Assembly: GCA_013151555.1 (NCBI GenBank)
Contig: JAADIA010000018.1
Span: 1 to 55,194, forward strand
Length of the DNA stretch: 55,194 nucleotides
Direction: 5' to 3'
From: Nitrospirota bacterium
Lineage (GTDB): Bacteria > NPL-UPA2 > JAADIA01
Every line of letters starts with the position of its first letter. The stretch's first letter is position 1. The notes below the pieces were generated by a model. It searched no databases. It was not told the DNA's origin and saw only the letters and a program-made list of their open reading frames with translations. Shown here piece by piece: positions 18,587 to 28,520 of this stretch. The translations under genes were made by a program, and so were the position numbers.

Positions 18587-20527
18587 TTAATCAACGATTA
18601 CCCGGCAAGGAGGAAGAGAATTAAGGAAGAGTCTTCCATAAGAACGGGTGAGGAGACGACTGTCGAGAATAGCGATAATACCTTTATCTTCTTTATTGCG
18701 AATTAACCTGCCAAACCCCTGCTTTAACTTAATAATGGCTTCGGGAAGGCTATATTCCAAAAAAGGGTCTCCTCCCTTTTTCCTTATGTTCTCGATCCTG
18801 GCTTCATTGAGAGGATGGTCGGGAACATCAAAGGGAAGTTTAGTAATAATGACATTGCTCAAGGCTTCCCCTTGAACATCTACTCCGGTCCAGAAACTAT
18901 CCGTCCCAAAGAGAACAGAGTTAACATCCTCCCGGAACCTTTCCAGCATTATGTTCCTGGGAATACCCGCTCCCTGCCGGAAGGAATTGATTCCCTGCTC
19001 TTTCAGAAAAGGCTGAAGAGCTTGATGCACCTCATTCATAAGCTTGTAACTGGTGAAAAGAACAAAAGCTCTCCCCTCAGTCAGCTTGAGGTAATGTTTT
19101 ATCTTTTCAATTGCTTCCTCCCGATATTTCTCCACTTCCTGAGGCTCAGACATTTTCTTTGTGATAAAAAGGCGGACTTGTTTTTCATAATTAAAAGGCG
19201 AGCCGGCTTTCAACTCCAGAGGGTTTTCCAACCCGACCCTATCCTTAAAATACTGAAAAGAATTATTGGTAACCAGAGTAGCACTGGTCATAATAATGGT
19301 AGGTACTTGCGTAAAGAGGTTTTCTCTCAATTCCACACTGATATTTACAGGAGAAGATTTAAGAACGACCCTTTTGAAACCTTTCCCTTCCCTTTCTATC
19401 CAGTAAACATGGTCCTTCAGCGTCTGGCCAAGAAAAGCATTCAATCCATCGGCCAAGTCCAGGCATCTTCTCATCCAGGCACTGATTTCCAATTCATCTT
19501 CTTTAGTCTTTGCCCTTGACTTCAGCTCTTTTAAAGATGAATATATCTCCCTCAGCGGTCCATCCAGGCAGTTAGAAAAAAAATCGGGTTTACGAATTCT
19601 CTTTATCGGAGAATCAATATTCCTCATTGATTTCAAGATATCCTTAAAGAAAAGCGCCGCCTGGGACCGGGCCCGGTCAACATATTTTAAGGCATCCCCG
19701 GCCCTGAGATAAATCAGAAGTCCTTTTTTCCTCTCCCGGGTGGAGAGAGAATCTAAAAAATGTTTGATCCGATAATTGCTAATCTCAATCCCCAGATAAT
19801 CACCGGCCACCGACTCTATTTGATGAGCTTCATCCAGAACAACGCATTTACAAAGAGGGAGAAAGTCCGCCTGCACCTTTTTTAAAGCCAGGTTGGAGAA
19901 GAAAAGATGATGATTAACGATAAGGAGATGAGCCTCATATATTTTCTTCCTTGCTTTCTGAAAGAAACAATTATCCCGGTAGGAACACCCTTTCCCCAGA
20001 CAATTATCGTGCTCCGAGCAAACTTTATTCCAGATGCGGTTCGACGGCAACTTTTCCAGATCAGAGAGGCTGCCATCCGTAGTTTCCTGAAGCCAATCGG
20101 CGATCATCTGCAAATCCCGGGCTTCCCCCACGTTATCAAACAGACCTTCCTCCTTACTTTTCAGCTCCCTTTCCCAACGACGAAGACAGAGATAGTTGGA
20201 ACGCCCTTTAACCAAAGCAGCTTTGAAAGAAAGAGGCAATACTTGCTTAAGGAAAGGAATATCTCTTTTGAGAAGCTGCTCCTGAAGGTTTATGGTCTTG
20301 GTAGAAACAATTACCCTTTCCGAGTTAGCCACGGCATAGCCGATAGCCGGAACCAGATAGGAAAAACTCTTACCCACCCCGGTTCCCGCCTCAACTATCA
20401 GGTGCTTCTTGTTATCTATAGCTTTAACCACCGCCTCGGCCATCCGGAACTGCTGAGGACGATACTCGTAAGCAGGCAAACTTTTTGAAATGAGACCTTC
20501 CGGCCCGAATATTTCTTTAAGATTCAT
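18587..20527 (-). CDS. DinG/YoaA-family Fe-S DNA helicase
   Basis: Q motif YRPQQ, EAGTGVGKS, KGRSNYLC plus further Cys ligands, DEAH, FWTGVDV, QGFGRLIR. Confidence 0.95.
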   Translation of the reverse strand: MNLKEIFGPEGLISKSLPAYEYRPQQFRMAEAVVKAIDNKKHLIVEAGTGVGKSFSYLVPAIGYAVANSERVIVSTKTINLQEQLLKRDIPFLKQVLPLSFKAALVKGRSNYLCLRRWERELKSKEEGLFDNVGEARDLQMIADWLQETTDGSLSDLEKLPSNRIWNKVCSEHDNCLGKGCSYRDNCFFQKARKKIYEAHLLIVNHHLFFSNLALKKVQADFLPLCKCVVLDEAHQIESVAGDYLGIEISNYRIKHFLDSLSTRERKKGLLIYLRAGDALKYVDRARSQAALFFKDILKSMRNIDSPIKRIRKPDFFSNCLDGPLREIYSSLKELKSRAKTKEDELEISAWMRRCLDLADGLNAFLGQTLKDHVYWIEREGKGFKRVVLKSSPVNISVELRENLFTQVPTIIMTSATLVTNNSFQYFKDRVGLENPLELKAGSPFNYEKQVRLFITKKMSEPQEVEKYREEAIEKIKHYLKLTEGRAFVLFTSYKLMNEVHQALQPFLKEQGINSFRQGAGIPRNIMLERFREDVNSVLFGTDSFWTGVDVQGEALSNVIITKLPFDVPDHPLNEARIENIRKKGGDPFLEYSLPEAIIKLKQGFGRLIRNKEDKGIIAILDSRLLTRSYGRLFLNSLPPCRVIVD

Positions 20528-21041
20528 TATTCTCCGCCCGACTGACCACCCCGGTATCTACCGGAAAAGCGCTCTCTTACTTTCCGGAAAACCTACAGGA
20601 ATTATATCATCCTCTCCCCCAACCGTCAAAGCACAAGAAAACTCATTGCCTCGCGCCTCATTTCTTTTGAGGAGGATACCTGAATTCTTTTCATAATCCT
20701 ACCTGCTGACCGGTGGCCGTCAGACAATTTACTAACGGCAATTCAAACTCTTTAATGATTGTTGTCACTATCTCTTCTACTCTTAGAATTATATCCTGTC
20801 TATCCTATCTGAAATTATTTAAAGATTCTTTCTCTCAATACTATTTTGGGAGAAGCGCCAGAAATGTATTGACCAATATCCCCGGCTTTCATATAATTAT
20901 ACTGGTTCAGGGAAGGATATATCCCGCCAGGCGGACTACTCTGCAATCTTTAACTAATAACGCTAAACGCTTTTTTAATTATGCCGCCCTTTAGGTAGAC
21001 TTTTTCCCGGGAAGAGAATAACCCCGGTTAGGTGAATCCCT

Positions 21042-22508
21042 ATGAAACTCAGAACAAAACTCAGCCTCATAATGGTTTCTCTTTCTTCCCTTTCCATCCT
21101 TCTCCTTTTTCTCATCAATTACCGAAACGAAACTTCTCTAATTGAGAGTCTGGAAGAACATGCCAGCTCCCTAAACAAGGTATCCCAACTCAGTCTAACC
21201 CAGTTGACTAAAGAACCGGATTCCGATACTGTTCTTCTCCAACAGTTCATCACTAAGTTAAGCAGAGAGAAGGGAGTCTACGAGGTCTCAGTGGTCAATA
21301 ACAAAGAAAGAATCGTTTTAAGCTCCAATCCGGAACGAATCGGCAGGTTATTGGGAACCCAGGGAATCACCGAGCTATATTCCAAAAAAGGAAACGGAAA
21401 GTTAGCGCCGGGAAGTGAACAAATATTTATTTCTCAGATAATCGGCACTCCTAATAATTCCGATAAAAAATATAATGTAGTCGTCCCGCTAATCAGGAAC
21501 AACAAACGTATAGGTTCCATTCACATCCTCGTGTTCCGGGATGATTTCAAGAAGATGTTCGCCACCATGCGTCTTAGAAGTATTCTGACCACATTCAGCA
21601 TCTGGACCCTGGCTACGGCTCTTATAATCTTAGTATCCGGACGGTTCCTCCGCCCGTTTAAGAAACTGGCTCTGGCCACGGAGAGGATTTCTCAAGGTGA
21701 TTTCTCCCAGGATATCCCTTCCCAGGGAGAAGACGAGGTTAGCAGCTTAGCTCGTTCCTTCAACCAAATGACCAAGTCCCTTCGCCGGTACCGGAAGATA
21801 GAAGAACAAATGCACCGGGCCAATCGACTATCTGCCCTCGGGCAATTGGCTGCCGGGGCAGCCCATGAGATCCGGAACCCCCTAAACGCTATCGGGTTCG
21901 CTGCCGATAATCTCCGGGAAGATTTTGCTCCTGAAGACCATAAGATGCGGCAGGACTACTTCCAAATTATCCGGAACATCAAGGGAGAGATAGTCCACCT
22001 GGATGGGATCGTCAAAGGGCTAATAGACTTTTCTAAACCCCGGGAACTCCATCTCCGGACAGAAAAGGTAAATGCTATCCTCAAAGACACTTTAAGTTTA
22101 ATGGACAGGGAAGCCCGGGAAAAGGGAATAACTATCAAGTTACAGTTGGAAGATAACCTCCCTGATAGCAATCTGGATACCGAACAAATCCGGCAGGCTT
22201 TTATGAACATCATCATTAACGCTTTCGAGTCCATGCCTCAGGGAGGCACTTTGGTTATAGCTACGAGATTATCTCAAAAGACAGTGGAAATATCCTTCAC
22301 CGATACAGGCTGCGGAATATCTCCGGAACATAAAAGCAAGATATTCAATCCTTATTTTACCACCAAAGAAGAAGGTAGCGGCCTGGGGCTGGCTACGGTT
22401 CATCGGATAATCCGGGACCATGGAGGCAACGTAGAGGTTGACTCCCAGGAAGGCAAAGGCACCAACGTAACCATATATCTTCCCGGGGACGAAGGTTCAA
22501 ACAAATGA
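21042..22508 (+). CDS. Membrane sensor histidine kinase (TM-periplasmic-TM-HAMP-HisKA-HATPase), NtrB/ZraS type
   Basis: AAHEIRNPL H-box, DTGCGI, FTTK, GSGLGL. Confidence 0.95.
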   Translation: MKLRTKLSLIMVSLSSLSILLLFLINYRNETSLIESLEEHASSLNKVSQLSLTQLTKEPDSDTVLLQQFITKLSREKGVYEVSVVNNKERIVLSSNPERIGRLLGTQGITELYSKKGNGKLAPGSEQIFISQIIGTPNNSDKKYNVVVPLIRNNKRIGSIHILVFRDDFKKMFATMRLRSILTTFSIWTLATALIILVSGRFLRPFKKLALATERISQGDFSQDIPSQGEDEVSSLARSFNQMTKSLRRYRKIEEQMHRANRLSALGQLAAGAAHEIRNPLNAIGFAADNLREDFAPEDHKMRQDYFQIIRNIKGEIVHLDGIVKGLIDFSKPRELHLRTEKVNAILKDTLSLMDREAREKGITIKLQLEDNLPDSNLDTEQIRQAFMNIIINAFESMPQGGTLVIATRLSQKTVEISFTDTGCGISPEHKSKIFNPYFTTKEEGSGLGLATVHRIIRDHGGNVEVDSQEGKGTNVTIYLPGDEGSNK

Positions 22509-23869
22509 CAGATAAATCCAGTCGCATTCTCATAGTAGAAGATAAAGGCTTCGAGAAAGAGATGCTTTGCCGCTCCTTAGCCAGGGAGAACTATCAGATA
22601 ACCTCTGCCCGGGATGGCAAAGAAGCTTTATCCCTTTTCCGCCAGGACAACTACGATGTCGTCCTCTCCGACCTTAAAATGCCCGGGATGGACGGGATTG
22701 CTCTTCTTCAAGCCTTGATAGAAATGGACTCTGAAGTAACGATAATCCTGATGACTGCTTACGGGAGCGTGAAAAGTGCCGTTCAAGCTATGAAACTGGG
22801 AGCTTTCGATTATCTGACCAAACCCTTTGATAGTGAAGAACTCAAGGTAACGATAAAGAGAGCTCTTGACTACCGTCGGCTTCGCCAGGAGAATAAGGGC
22901 CTGCATTCGGAGCTGGAAGATAGATACAGTTTCCATAACATCGTAGGCAAGAGCCCGTTAATGCAGGAAACCTTCCGCCTCATTGACAAAGCTGCTCCTT
23001 CCAACAGCACTGTTATCATCTACGGAGAAAACGGCACCGGCAAAGAACTCGTAGCCAAGGCTATTCATTACCATTCCAAGAGGAGAAAGCAGATATTCCT
23101 GCCCCTAAGTTGTGCCGCTATACCTCATACCCTTTTAGAGAGCGAACTCTTTGGATACGAAAAAGGAGCTTTCACCGGCGCTACCGCCAGAAAAAAAGGG
23201 ATCTTTGAGGAAGCAAACGGCGGCACCTTCTTTCTGGACGAGATTACCGAGTTGGACATCAATATGCAGGCCAAACTTCTCCGGGCTATTCAGGAAAGGG
23301 AAATCCGCCATCTGGGAAGTTCCATATCCATTCCCGTGGACGTCCGGCTGGTTGTGGCCACCAATAAAAATATGGAAGAAGAACTCAAATCCGGACGCTT
23401 CCGGGAAGACCTTTATTACCGGATTAATGTTATCTCCATCTTCCTTCCTCCTTTAAGAAAGCGTAAGGAGGACATTCCCTTGCTGGCGAACCATTTCTTA
23501 ACCCGGTACCATTCAGGTAACAAGAAGGCCGTCCCTTCTATCAAACCTCAAGCCCTGGAAGCGCTGATGAACTACGACTGGCCGGGGAACGTCCGGGAAC
23601 TTCAATCCACCATCGAAAGAGCACTCATCCTCAATGGAAGTCAAACTATTCGCCGGGAGGACTTACCTCCCCAGATCAGAAATAAATCCAACCAAAATCC
23701 GGAGACCTCTTTCCCCCTACCCGATAAAGGATTTTCCCTGGAAGCTCACGAAAGAGAGCTGATCATTCAAGCCTTGAAGAAAACCAACGGTTCTCAGATC
23801 AAGGCAGCTGAATTGCTGGGCTTGAGCTACAAGACCTTGCAGTATAGAGTGCGAAAATATGGTATATAA
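22505..23869 (+). CDS. sigma54-dependent response regulator (receiver-AAA-Fis HTH)
   Basis: SDLKMPGMDG, GENGTGKE, ESELFG, intact GAFTGA, FREDLYYR, WPGNVREL, C-terminal HTH; ATGA overlap with the kinase. Confidence 0.97.
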   Translation: MTDKSSRILIVEDKGFEKEMLCRSLARENYQITSARDGKEALSLFRQDNYDVVLSDLKMPGMDGIALLQALIEMDSEVTIILMTAYGSVKSAVQAMKLGAFDYLTKPFDSEELKVTIKRALDYRRLRQENKGLHSELEDRYSFHNIVGKSPLMQETFRLIDKAAPSNSTVIIYGENGTGKELVAKAIHYHSKRRKQIFLPLSCAAIPHTLLESELFGYEKGAFTGATARKKGIFEEANGGTFFLDEITELDINMQAKLLRAIQEREIRHLGSSISIPVDVRLVVATNKNMEEELKSGRFREDLYYRINVISIFLPPLRKRKEDIPLLANHFLTRYHSGNKKAVPSIKPQALEALMNYDWPGNVRELQSTIERALILNGSQTIRREDLPPQIRNKSNQNPETSFPLPDKGFSLEAHERELIIQALKKTNGSQIKAAELLGLSYKTLQYRVRKYGI

Positions 23870-24119
23870 AGAAGATAGAGCCCGTTTTCTTACCCCTTTC
23901 AAAAACCTCATTTCGGGTTTTCTCTTCAGTTCCAGGGAATTTCTAAGCAACTATTTTCATTTAAAAGGCTTATCTGTATTTTTTGGGGGAAATCCCGGCT
24001 CCGCCCACCTCATTTGAGGTTTTTTAAGTTCTTATTCTTCCTTTTCCGTTTCTTCTTTTTATTTTATAACTCTTATTGCTTGAATATGTTATGCTAATTA
24101 TTTCCGTTTTTTTTCTCTT

Positions 24120-24135
24120 TGGCACACTTCTTGCT
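24120..24135 (+). promoter_or_regulatory. sigma54 (-24/-12) promoter of the moxR-bat operon
   Basis: TGGCAC-ACTTC-TTGCT, an exact match to TGGCAC-N5-TTGCW, 65 nt upstream of ATG 24201 and preceded by an AT-rich tract. Confidence 0.9.
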
Positions 24136-24200
24136 TATTAGTTTAATAAAGTATTTCCGGTGAATCTTTAATAAATATCTTCCAAATTAATAAGAGAGAA

Positions 24201-24746
24201 ATGAGAAAGATTCTTTTCATGTTTTTCATTTTATCCTGGTTGACGACCTCAACCTTTGCTCAAGAAGGACAACTCGATATCCGGGTTAACCTGGACCAAA
24301 CTATCATCCGGAAATCGGAACCCTTTCACCTTACGGTAATCTGTACCGGCCGTCAGGCCCTCACTGAAAACATGAAACTTATCCCGGGAAAATTTGCCGG
24401 TTTCCGTCTTATTGGAATCTCCAAATCAACGAGCCTTTACGAGGAGAACAATATACAAATGGTTTCGGCCCGGATAGAATATCAACTTGTACCAATTGCA
24501 ACCGGCCGAAGAGAAATCCAGCCCCTCGTTGTTGAATACCATGATCCTGCTTCCCGCCTCATCCAATCAGTAAGGAGCCGTCCTATCTCCATCATCATCC
24601 AGGGCAATGAGGATCGTCTCTCGGAAAAAACAGGTTACTTTTTCCGGCAACCGGTCTTGATCGGGACCGCCGGCGCCCTGATGGCCGGGGCAGGCTTCTT
24701 TCTCTTCCGGCGCCGGCGCCGGCGATATCTGAGGGAAAGAACTTGA
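24201..24746 (+). CDS. Single-domain BatD-like exported protein with C-terminal TM anchor and poly-Arg tail
   Basis: Signal peptide (…TFA-QEG), Ig-like pattern shared with the BatD N-domain (EPFHLTV…YQLVP…G…I), TM followed by RRRRRR. Confidence 0.7.
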   Translation: MRKILFMFFILSWLTTSTFAQEGQLDIRVNLDQTIIRKSEPFHLTVICTGRQALTENMKLIPGKFAGFRLIGISKSTSLYEENNIQMVSARIEYQLVPIATGRREIQPLVVEYHDPASRLIQSVRSRPISIIIQGNEDRLSEKTGYFFRQPVLIGTAGALMAGAGFFLFRRRRRRYLRERT

Positions 24747-24787
24747 TGACCCAAAGGAGTTAATTATTAAATTAAAGGAGAAAAACG

Positions 24788-25777
24788 ATGGAAGTAGATG
24801 TCAAACAGATCTCCGGCAGAGTAGAAGAAGAAAGTAAACTTATCTTTGAAGTAAAGAAGGAACAAGAGAAAGTCATTGTCGGACAGAAGTATATGATGGA
24901 AAGGCTTCTTGTAGGCTTGCTCTGTAACGGCCATGTGCTCATCGAAGGAGTACCCGGCCTGGCCAAGACCCTGGCCGTAACTACTCTCTCCCGTATCCTT
25001 CAGACAAAATTCCACAGGATACAGTTCACTCCCGACCTCCTCCCGGCGGACCTGATCGGGACCCTGATTTACAATCCCAAGACGGGAGACTTTACGGTTA
25101 AGAAAGGACCAATCTTTGCCAACATCATTCTGGCCGATGAAATCAACCGGGCCCCGGCCAAGGTCCAGAGCGCCCTTCTGGAAGCCATGCAGGAACGGCA
25201 GGTAACTATCGGTGAAGAAAGTTATCCCCTCGAAGAACCTTTCATCGTTCTGGCCACCCAAAATCCTATTGAGCAGGAAGGAACCTATCCTCTTCCGGAA
25301 GCTCAAATCGATCGTTTCATGCTCAAACTCAAAGTTACCTATCCGAAAAAAGGAGAAGAGAAAACAATCGTCCAGAGAATGGCCCATTCCCTTCCCCGCA
25401 CCGAAGTCAACCCGGTAATGGGTCCTGAAGATATTCTACGGTTACGCCGCCTGGTAGATGAGATCTATATGGATGATAAAATCCAAGATTACATCATCGA
25501 CATCGTCCAGGCCACCCGTACCCCTAAGGATTATGGATTAGAGTTGGAAGAATACATCCGTTACGGAGCCTCTCCCCGAGCTTCCATTTACCTCACGATG
25601 ACTTCCAAAGCATATGCCCTTCTCCAGGGACGCGGTTATGTGACGCCCCAGGATATCAAGACTGTGGGCCCGGATGTGCTTCGACACCGGGTTATCATCA
25701 GTTATGAAGCAGAGGCCGAGGACATGACCTCGGAAGACATCATTCAGAAAATTTTCGATAACGTGGAGGTACCTTGA
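24788..25777 (+). CDS. moxR: MoxR-family AAA+ ATPase
   Basis: EGVPGLAKT, RIQFTPDLLPAD, DEINRAPAKVQSALLEAMQE, ATQNPIEQEGTYPLPEAQIDRF, GASPRA. Confidence 0.97.
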   Translation: MEVDVKQISGRVEEESKLIFEVKKEQEKVIVGQKYMMERLLVGLLCNGHVLIEGVPGLAKTLAVTTLSRILQTKFHRIQFTPDLLPADLIGTLIYNPKTGDFTVKKGPIFANIILADEINRAPAKVQSALLEAMQERQVTIGEESYPLEEPFIVLATQNPIEQEGTYPLPEAQIDRFMLKLKVTYPKKGEEKTIVQRMAHSLPRTEVNPVMGPEDILRLRRLVDEIYMDDKIQDYIIDIVQATRTPKDYGLELEEYIRYGASPRASIYLTMTSKAYALLQGRGYVTPQDIKTVGPDVLRHRVIISYEAEAEDMTSEDIIQKIFDNVEVP

Positions 25778-26397
25778 TGAAAACAAATTCTCAACCAATG
25801 GATGCCGGAAAACGCCGGGTGCTGGAAGCCATCTATCATAAACGGGGCTTATTGCTAACACCGCTTTGGATTGTCATGCTCTTTGTCTTCTATAAAGAAT
25901 ACGAAAATCACTATCTCGTCTGGCCTCTGGGAATAAGTATAATAATAGGAGCAGGACTCCTGCGCATGTGGTCACAGGCTCATATAAGGAACCGGGAAAT
26001 ATTGAAAACCGAGAGGATTCTGACTACCAGTGGACCCTATCATTATGTCCGCAATCCCCTCTACATCAGCAACATCCTCATCCTTGCCGGGGCATCTATC
26101 CTTTCCGAGTTAATCTGGTTCCTGCCTTTTGTTCTCCTTTACTCGGGAATCATATATGCCTTAGTGGCCCGGAGAGAAGAAATAAGGCTTGAGGGAGAAT
26201 ATGGCGAAGCCTACCTCAAGTATAAAGAAGAAGTACCTCGCTGGATTCCAAGAATCTCCACCCCCCCGGCACCGGCGGCTGCTTCCAGGCCACTCTTTAC
26301 CCGCCGCGTCCTCATCGCGGAATACAGCCACTTCCTGGTAATAGTGCCCTTCCTGATAAAGGAAATGGTAGGACACTTGTTGTGGGGGTACGGTTGA
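25777..26397 (+). CDS. Isoprenylcysteine carboxyl methyltransferase (ICMT/Ste14/PEMT) family membrane protein
   Basis: Several TM segments; LTTSGPYHYVRNPLY and REEIRLEGEYGEAYLKYKEEVPRWIP signature; TGATG coupling to moxR. Confidence 0.88.
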   Translation: MKTNSQPMDAGKRRVLEAIYHKRGLLLTPLWIVMLFVFYKEYENHYLVWPLGISIIIGAGLLRMWSQAHIRNREILKTERILTTSGPYHYVRNPLYISNILILAGASILSELIWFLPFVLLYSGIIYALVARREEIRLEGEYGEAYLKYKEEVPRWIPRISTPPAPAAASRPLFTRRVLIAEYSHFLVIVPFLIKEMVGHLLWGYG

Positions 26398-26398
26398 A

Positions 26399-27274
26399 AT
26401 GATTCCCCGAGAACTGGTCAAAAAGATCCGCCGCATTCGGATTTCCACCAATCATGCCGTCAATGATGTCCTGGCCGGCGAATACCAGAGCGTCTTCAAA
26501 GGACAGGGAATGGAATTCGAGGAAGTGCGGGAGTATCTTCCCGGAGACGAAATAAGAACCATAGACTGGAATGTTACCGCCCGCTTCGGTCATCCTTATG
26601 TGAAACGGTTCGTCGAAGAGAGAGAATTGACGGTGATGCTTCTGGTAGACCTGAGCTCGTCCGGCAGATTCGGTTCAGTGGACCAGCTCAAGAACGAAGT
26701 CGCTGCCGAACTCTGCGCTCTCCTGGCCTTCTCGGCTATAAAAAACAATGATAAGGTAGGACTGATCATCTTTACCGATCGCATCGAGAAATTTCTTCCT
26801 CCCCAGAAAGGGTCAGAGTATGTGCTTCGGGTTATCCGGGAGCTTCTTTACTTTAAACCGACAGCGAGTAAAACCGATATCGGCCAGGCCTTAGCTTATC
26901 TGGGCCGGGTGACTACCAAACGCACCGTAGCTTTCCTGGTCTCCGACTTTCTCAATAGCGGATTTGAGAAACCGCTGCGGGTAGTCAGTAAGAGACATGA
27001 CCTCATTGCCGTGACCATCACCGACCCGCGTGAAATAAGTCTTCCCGATGTAGGAATCATCGAGCTGGAAGATGCCGAGACGGGTGAGACCATACTTTTC
27101 GATACCCGGGGTAAAACCCAGAGAAAAGAATACGAGAAATATTCTTTGGAGCGAGCCCGGGAACTGGAGAAACTTCTCCGCTCGGCGGATGTGGACCAGA
27201 TACATATACGCACCGACCGTTCCTATATCCGGCCCCTGGTCAGATTCTTCCGCCTGCGGGAGAGAAGAATATGA
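26399..27274 (+). CDS. DUF58 domain protein (MoxR partner)
   Basis: GQGMEFEEVREYLPGDEIRTIDWNVTAR, VDLSSSG, VSDF. Confidence 0.95.
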   Translation: MIPRELVKKIRRIRISTNHAVNDVLAGEYQSVFKGQGMEFEEVREYLPGDEIRTIDWNVTARFGHPYVKRFVEERELTVMLLVDLSSSGRFGSVDQLKNEVAAELCALLAFSAIKNNDKVGLIIFTDRIEKFLPPQKGSEYVLRVIRELLYFKPTASKTDIGQALAYLGRVTTKRTVAFLVSDFLNSGFEKPLRVVSKRHDLIAVTITDPREISLPDVGIIELEDAETGETILFDTRGKTQRKEYEKYSLERARELEKLLRSADVDQIHIRTDRSYIRPLVRFFRLRERRI

Positions 27275-27342
27275 AATGGCAGACAACTGAATCCAAATGA
27301 TAAATTGGAACAGATTATAAACTATAGACTGAAAGAGTAACC

Positions 27343-28404
27343 ATGGTTTATTCAGATAGACATTCCCGGCGCAGGCGCCTTATCTGGCTATTTGCCCTGA
27401 CGGTTTTTCTGCTTTCCTCCTGCTCTTCCCGGAAAGCGCCGGAGGCAGAGAAAAAGAAATTTGAAATAGATAAGGTGACCACCCGTGGCCCCTTAACAGT
27501 CCATGTTCGGGTGAGCAAGAGCAAAATCTCCCTGGCCGACGAACTGGACCTGGAGCTTGAAGCCTCTATAAAAGAAGGTTACCGGGTCGAATTTCCTCAG
27601 TTCGGGAAGAAATTAGAACAGTTCAGGATAAGGGACTACCGGAACTTTCCTCCGAAGCTTTCCAACGACGGGCGCATCCTCTTCCGAAAACTTTATCGCC
27701 TGGAACCCTTCCTTTCCGGAAACTATAAGATCCCGGCAATGACCATCAAGTTCTATAAGGAAGCCGTCCCGGCGAAAAAGAAAGAGAAGGGGAGCGAAAA
27801 GGAGAAGAAGCATCAGTTAGAGACGGAAGAAATACCCATCAAGGTCACCTCTCTTATCGGTAAGGAAAGAAAAAACCTCTCTATCAGGAAAGCCAAAGAT
27901 GTGGTTGCCCTGCCACCTTCAAGAAAGCCTCTTCTCTACCTCGCTCTTGCTGCAGCCATTGGAGGAACAGCAATAGTCACCTTGCTCATTCTCCGTCAGC
28001 GGAGACGCCACCGGAAAGGAGAAGAACCCAGGCTCGTTTCCCCCCATGAGCTTGCCTATGAGCAACTAAGAAGGTTAGACAAGGAGAAGCTTATCGAAAA
28101 CGGTCAAATTAAAGAATTTTACATTCGTATTTCCGACATTCTTCGCCACTATATCGAGAATCGGTTCGGTCTCCGGGCCCCCGAACGCACCACGGAAGAA
28201 TTCCTCCTCGAGCTGGCTGGAAGCAATGAACTGGATAAGAAGCAAAAGGAACTCCTTCAGGATTTTCTCCAAACCTGCGACCTGGTCAAGTTTGCCCACT
28301 ACCGGCCGGAAATCAAAGAAATTCAGGACACCTTCGATGCCGCCCGGAGATTTATCAAAGAAACAGCCCGGGAAGAAAAGACCGTAACCGTAGCTGTTGC
28401 TTGA
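27343..28404 (+). CDS. Bat-operon membrane lipoprotein (BatD-like domain + TM + DUF4381-like tail)
   Basis: Lipobox LLSS-C, TM near residue 200, ILRHYIENRFG…ERTTEE…DLVKFA motif seen in genes between DUF58 and batA. Confidence 0.8.
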   Translation: MVYSDRHSRRRRLIWLFALTVFLLSSCSSRKAPEAEKKKFEIDKVTTRGPLTVHVRVSKSKISLADELDLELEASIKEGYRVEFPQFGKKLEQFRIRDYRNFPPKLSNDGRILFRKLYRLEPFLSGNYKIPAMTIKFYKEAVPAKKKEKGSEKEKKHQLETEEIPIKVTSLIGKERKNLSIRKAKDVVALPPSRKPLLYLALAAAIGGTAIVTLLILRQRRRHRKGEEPRLVSPHELAYEQLRRLDKEKLIENGQIKEFYIRISDILRHYIENRFGLRAPERTTEEFLLELAGSNELDKKQKELLQDFLQTCDLVKFAHYRPEIKEIQDTFDAARRFIKETAREEKTVTVAVA

Positions 28405-28410
28405 AAATAA

Positions 28411-28501
28411 GGATTCAAAGATTCGAGGACTTGAGGATTCAAGTGCTTATTTTTTCAGGACTTTCACTTGACCTCTCAGATCCTGGATTTCTTAAATCCT
28501 C
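28411..28501. repeat. 8-nt periodic inverted-arm element
   Basis: GGATTCAA AGATTCGA GGACTTGA GGATTCAA ... degenerate TTGACCTC/CTGGATTT/TTAAATCC right arm. Confidence 0.75.
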
Positions 28502-28520
28502 ATCTATGGAGAAGTAGAGG

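Noticed and set aside
18815-20488. 234-aa and 193-aa plus-strand ORFs
   Set aside because: Antisense shadows of the DinG helicase.
20713-20994. 93-aa ORF in the dinG-kinase spacer
   Set aside because: GTG start, no RBS, AT-rich and no motif; more likely divergent promoter DNA.
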